Source: Podarcis muralis
Taxonomy: Eukaryota
Length of the DNA: 64,000 nt
Reading direction: 5' to 3'
NCBI RefSeq assembly: GCF_964188315.1
Contig: NC_135658.1
Span: 27,280,001 to 27,344,000, forward strand
Shown: positions 25,561 through 64,000 of the stretch, in pieces
How the letters are laid out: every line of letters starts with the position of its first letter
How positions within the stretch are numbered: position 1 is the stretch's first letter
Notes under the pieces: generated by a model
Seen by the model: the letters and a program-made list of their open reading frames with translations, nothing else
Told to the model about the DNA's origin: nothing
Databases searched by the model: none
Program-made: the position numbers and the translations under genes

Positions 25561-26304
25561 TACTTGCTGAAAGCATGCAGGACGTTGCTGAAGAACATAA
25601 CTAATAGCAAATTGCACTACAGCTGATTGTCGTCATCTCATTTCACATTTTGGGAAACAAAACAGCAGGAGATGTTGCACTTCAGTCAGGTACACTGTTA
25701 CTTGAAGGGAAGAATGTTTTTGCTTACCCTTGAGCTCTGGCTGCCATTGGAGGCTTTATCTGTGAAGAATTTATTTTAAAATAAGGAACGCATCAGGAGT
25801 ATGATGTTCCTGCTTTTATTTTTTCCACTCGTATATGCACTAATTTTAATTTTTTAAAGACTTTTCTGATCTCTGATGTTTTGCCACATTGGATACTTAC
25901 TAAGGGAATCTCTTTGCAAGGACATTTCTGGGATTTTTATTTTATTTTTTGCCACTGAATATACTGCGGAATTTATTTGTTTTGATATCATTTGCACCCC
26001 AGAATACTATAAAGGACCAGGTGAATAATTTCATAGAAATTGTGTTCTGTAAATTTACAGTGTAGCTTGTAACCTCTGTAAAACCGTGTCTTATGCCACC
26101 CACTGTTAGGTTCACCAATCAAAACCAAAAGATGCATATTTTTTAAAAAAGGAAGAAAAAAATCAAGTTGGGTATTATAGAAATCTCACATGTAAAATCC
26201 CCTTTTATTTGGCTGAAGCTTTGTCTAAGCAAAGCAGCACCATTTTGAGATCTGTAACTTTGAGAGCATATCCCAGTTGCTCTAAACACAACCAGCGCCT
26301 TTTA

Positions 26305-26310
26305 AATAAA
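26305..26310 (+). terminator. Candidate proximal PAN3 poly(A) signal
   Basis: AATAAA followed by U/GU-rich cctgtttgtatattttt; usage not shown. Confidence 0.35.
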
Positions 26311-28385
26311 ATACCTGTTTGTATATTTTACTGCTAGTCAGATGCATTCACATTTATGCAATTTTTAATAGAATTTTTAAAAGGAATTGTGTTACAGACC
26401 TGAGGATTCGGGAGTTTATTCATTTAATTTACTTATGGTATCCCTTTTTTGTATAAAGTTTTGTTCTTTGAACCACAGCTTTATTATGGTACTTTACACT
26501 GGATACAGATACAAAGACACTGTTTGGAAGATTAACTACACACAGCAGTTGTCTGGCATCAAGAGCTTTTGAAGTTTTATAGCCTGATTCTGGAAGAATG
26601 GTGGTCTGCTGTGCCTTTGCAGTCACTGCTTAGCCCAAAGTAATATTACTTTTGATAATACTCAACACATGAATATTCAGTCTTCAAGCCTGGGATTTCT
26701 TTCCCCGCAATTAACTTTCTGATATTGGACCTGCATTTGTCTGCAAGCTTGGGTATTCAAGGGAATTTGTAGTGGAACACCTACACTTTGATACTGAAGA
26801 CTGCCAAATACGTATAATTTCCCCCCTTTCTTAAAGCAGTAGTGAAGACTGTATATCTGCGTCCTTTTCCCAGCACTGAATGTTTTAATAGCACTGGGTG
26901 CTCACCATGAAGACAGTGTGGAAACTCTCTCCCAAAGGTGTCAGGACAGACTCAAAGCACTTGCAACTGATGTTACTGGCACCCATTTTATTAATTCTCA
27001 ATATTTGTAATTTCAGGTGAATTTTTAATAATTCTGTCCAGTTTTATAAGCTTTAATGATGACACTCCTTTAGATTTGCCTCAAGGAAAGCAGTGCTCTT
27101 CAGAAGGAAGGCTGTGGAAGACTAGGGACACCTGTTGCGCCTCCAAATGAGAAATTGCAGAGCCTGCAGTTTGGTAGCATAAATAAAATCAGTTGTTTTA
27201 TCTGGAAAAAAATTTAAACGGAGCATAATGTTTAATATTGAGAAGAGAACAGTTGCCACACTGTTGTTCTTTTTTTTAATGTCCAAAGGAACAGGGACTT
27301 TGAGATACGAACCTGGCAACCAGTCTTTTATCATTCGCTCATGTATATGAGGAAGAGCAGCTGTCTTTTTATATGTTTTTGAAAAATCACATTGTAATTC
27401 TTTTGTACAAAAAGTAGTACTTGTATTCTAGGAGAAATATTGAATGCTTAATTTATATGCGGGCTGAGGCTTTTTCTTTTCTTTTCCCCACTGTTGTTTT
27501 CTTTGAAAATGAAAGGGATCATCTCTTCAGTTGCGGGAACTGGGAACCTTTGACGGATTATTTTGTGGACCAATATTTTGGGAAAAGCAAAAGCAGGGGT
27601 GGGGCATGTTTGTAATGCAGGGCCTTCAGTCTCATCCTTGCTGTACCAACATGCCCACCTCTGAAACGGCAAGTTGCGTTTTGCTTATTTGTCTCATTCT
27701 GTAAGTGTACATTGCTTTAGCCCCAGTAATCTCAGGACTTGGTTTAAGGTTAAAAAAATAATAATTTTGAAAAAGAGAGCAGAGAGCCAATAAGTTTCCA
27801 TAAGTAAACGCCATCCAAGAAATTTCTGCTGTTGGGTAATGCATAGAACAATGTGGAGTATTGTTTGTTTTTATTTGGTCTGTGTTTTGGAATTTTCTGC
27901 TTTGGTGTTTTTTTGGGGAGAGCCCTTCTACTCCAATATAATTCCATTTAGAAGGCTGTCCAGAAACTAGCATGTTCCATTCATTGGAAGAGTTATGTAT
28001 GTAATCCCTAAAACAGCGCAGCAATGTTTTTCTTAAACAAGGCACACTTTTTTCATGCGGGGAAATGATTCTGACCTTCCTATCTTTACAGCTGAAAGCA
28101 CAGAAAGGACAACCTTTTGAAATCATGTGATGTTAGTCCATTTAAATTTTCTTACCTGTTCTTAGGTTGCTTGTTTGGGTTTTTGTTTTTGCTACACTGT
28201 AAATACTTTATTCGGGGTACATAATGTCTTTCTTTTCCTTCTAATTTTCCCTTGTTCCAGTAAAGTTTTAGACGTGAACAGCTTCCCCTAAAAAGCACCA
28301 GTGTTACATTCTGATGTCATGATCCCACTCTGTGTTACCTTTTAATCTTGTTTTTCATTCTTTTCATGTGTACAGCAGTATTTTT

Positions 28386-28391
28386 AATAAA
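28386..28391 (+). terminator. Likely main PAN3 poly(A) signal (3' UTR about 2.85 kb)
   Basis: AATAAA at the end of a long AU-rich UTR-like tract, with GU-rich ggtgtgggtattgtgtg about 40-55 nt downstream. Confidence 0.6.
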
Positions 28392-29715
28392 GAATACCAG
28401 AAATAACACAGCCTTCTTTTGAGCATGCAAAGGTGTGGGTATTGTGTGCCACTTCTTGTGTAGTTGACGTAAACTATTTTATGGAGTTGTTTTCTTCATA
28501 TTTTACTCCACCCCACTCTACTGCAGGGTTTGGCTTGCAAGCATTGTTTATCTGGTGTTCAGATACAGTATGCAGTCTCAAGAGAACAGTGATGTGCATT
28601 TCTTGCTCATAGGCAAATGGTAGAGCTAGCCTGTTCGTTATCAAACTGACTCCAGGTGCTGAAGTAGTCCGAACCCTCTGAAAAATGCTTTTTAAATAAC
28701 TTCCACTTTTGTTTGAGCTCCCATAACAGATTAAGATACATTTGGCAATTTACTTATTGGAAAATTGCTCACGAGTTTTATGTAGTTTTCCATTTTTTAT
28801 TGATTTGAACTGTTAACTGAAAAAATATATGTTAAGGCATGGTCAAGGCCTTTGTACCCTCAAACCTCCCTGTGATATGTTTTATATAAAGTGTAAAAAG
28901 TCATAGAACTTTATACAATTTCATAAAATTGCCAGTATGTCTTTTTCTTTGCATGAATTAATCTGGACCACCTGTTGCTTGAAATGAATTTTGCTTAGAA
29001 AGTTCATTCTGCAAGTAGGCTAAAATGAAAGTTGCTGCAAGTTTTGCTTCGTACACTTATCTCTGGCAGTCAGAGGGCAGGAAACTTTAGGATCCTGCCA
29101 GATATTTTTTTAAACCTGCAAAAAGTCTGCAAGACCAGTTTTCATCTTTACACCTTCTAAAAGTGCATGCGTGGCCTTGCTGTTCATTGTCCCTGGGTTT
29201 TCTTTCTCAAGCTGGAGTATGCTTAACAGGAGAAGCTCCAAGGGCTTCACCTTGTGTAGTATTTTGTGAGCATGTGGGTTGCAAAAGCATGCTTGCACAT
29301 CATACTGGCCCGTGTGCCAGAGGATAAGGCTTGTCTTCAACTCCTTTCTACAGCTACACACGATGGCAAGCACATCTTTCCTGCTGACAGCTTTGAATTC
29401 AAACGATGCCTTGGGCAAGTACAGAATTCTGTGCATGCAACTGCATCTAGACCATGGAGAAAAGACTCACCTTTAGAAGGGCCCAATGATCCACAGAATG
29501 AAGAAACATCTCTTTATCACACTACCAGTCACTTAGCTTGAATTCATCCCCTTGAAACAAGGTCGATCTTCTGACAGGCCTTGACAAATACTTTGGCTAC
29601 TTGAAATTGCTGCTTCAAGCCAAAACCGACCAATTCAGTGAGACACTTCTGCAACATTATAGAATTATGATGAACACAAGCAAACCAATCTCTCAAATGG
29701 AGCTCGGAAATAAAC

Positions 29716-29721
29716 TTTATT
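29716..29721 (-). terminator. Likely FLT1 poly(A) signal (3' UTR about 1.5 kb)
   Basis: The minus strand reads cacAATAAAgttt, followed about 30 nt later by GU-rich ggtttgcttgtgtt. Confidence 0.6.
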
Positions 29722-31191
29722 GTGAAACTTTAGGAAGCATATGTAAAAATAGACGGTAAAAGTTAAGGCACAAGTAGGAGATATTTACATCCAGTTAAAG
29801 AATGCTTTTTAAATTCCAGTTTTTTTTTTAAAAAAAGGTTCGTTAAAAGCATTAGATTTGATATAAAAAAATATTTGTTTTTACAACTACTAATGCCCTA
29901 CATGAAAATAAACCCAGGAGTTTCACTCCTCAGCTCTTTATAGATCCATTGGCTTTAATAATAGAGTCATGGCTAAATAGTTGGCTGATGTTCCATCTGA
30001 TGAAAGAGCACAAAGGTTACAGACTTACGGCTTTAGAAACTGAGTGTTCTAAAATTCTCCAGCACCCAAACACTCTTCACTCTATTGGCCTTGATCCAGC
30101 TCAGGTTAATTGTGACACTGAAACCAATGAATCAAGTTTAGGCATAACCAACTTGGAACAGCAGGACCGACATCAGCTGCTTTTACAGAACAGCCATCGT
30201 GGTAGCTCACTGGTCAACCAAGGCAATGGTTCACTACCATAACTACCTGCCCCTTGGCAAAATGAACCTAGCAGCACACTCTTAGCACTAAATAAATTCA
30301 ATAGTTGCAATAGCAGCACAAGATTCAACAGGTATTTCAGACAGTGCAAAGCTGCAGCTGGGTGCAGGTTTTATTGCTGATTAGCTACAGCAGGTTGGCC
30401 TGATGTGCCTCTGCTGTCACTTGCAGCTGGGAGTATAAAAGCAGGCTATAGTATAATAGATACATAGAGAACTGTGTCTTCTCTCATGGAAAAAACTAAG
30501 ATGCTGCGCCAGTATTGCCTCAAGAAAACCTGAATCCTACCTGTGTTTATTGTGCATATTTACTTTGTGCAGTGTACATGTTGCTTCAGCAAGCTACAAG
30601 GTAAAGAGCTATGCAGGGAGCTGAGGCCCCAACACCCTCTGTATGGTTTTGAAATGTTTAATAAGGTATTGCAGAGCCACCCTTGCCCCTGATGCATTCA
30701 TTGGGTCCCCATTACATCTGCTTGAACTGTTTCTACTGAACACACTCCTTCAAAAGCTGAAACAATTCCACAGCAGCACGACAGCAAAATGGGTATGTAT
30801 CTACAAAACTCTGTGGGTAAAATAAAAGTGCAATCTCCCTTAAGCATATAACTAAGTAGACCAGAAGCAGCTTCTAGCCTGGTCAGTTTCATCATCATCC
30901 CATAGCATTGCCTGAGACCAGTGTAGGGAACTGTATTTAGGAAGTGAGAAATACAGTGCACAGGGTTCTCTTCCTGCTGTCCCCCTCACATTTGAATAGT
31001 TACTGGGTTCTTGTGGTTCTTGCTGTTGGGTGGAAGCTAGTGCTACAGCCCAGAAATAGCCTGTACTCTACAGGGGTGCAGTTGGGTCATTGAGTAGCAG
31101 GAAGGAGCGTTCAATATTTTAAATGGTGATAGTGGAGAGAGGCAGCTCAGTGGAGGAGCAGCTGCTTTGAGTAGTTCAAAGTCCATCCTTG

Positions 31192-63958
<32,767 letters not shown>

Positions 63959-64000
63959 CTGAGAAAAATAAAATCACAATTAAAATGTAACACTCCGATA

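Noticed and set aside
31135-31190. SINE-head-like AGCTCAGTGGAGGAGCAGCTGCTTTG next to the FLT1 stop
   Set aside because: The match is too short and there is no B box or body; cannot be distinguished from chance
63959-64000. Soluble FLT1 (sFLT1) intronic poly(A) isoform signals
   Set aside because: These arise in introns 13-14, upstream of the first FLT1 exon in this window, so they cannot be assessed

Overview
Vertebrate genomic DNA, almost certainly from a squamate (lizard). That assignment is inferred from Sauria SINEs, Bov-B/CR1/L2 LINE pieces and hAT/Tigger-like MITEs. The window holds the 3' parts of two convergent genes. PAN3 (+ strand) has 14 coding exons from 3798 to its stop at 25560, with a 3' UTR to about 28.4 kb. 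FLT1/VEGFR1 (- strand) has 15 coding exons from the transmembrane exon at 63958 to its stop at 31192, corresponding to human exons 16-30, with a 3' UTR to about 29.7 kb. I traced every exon by hand and the reading phases are consistent across all junctions. All introns are GT-AG except one GC-AG intron in FLT1. The introns are dense with transposon relics, and there is one 157-N assembly gap. I see no evidence for a wholly new gene system. The best leads are changes at regulatory positions of this FLT1: a P-loop Tyr, an altered juxtamembrane repressor motif, a KDR/FLT4-like tail motif and a lost tail tyrosine. Other leads are unusual FLT1 splice sites, a palindromic two-way poly(A) signal between the genes, and a young L2 that replaced part of an older L2. 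Comparisons with human proteins and repeat consensus sequences are from memory and need alignment to confirm.
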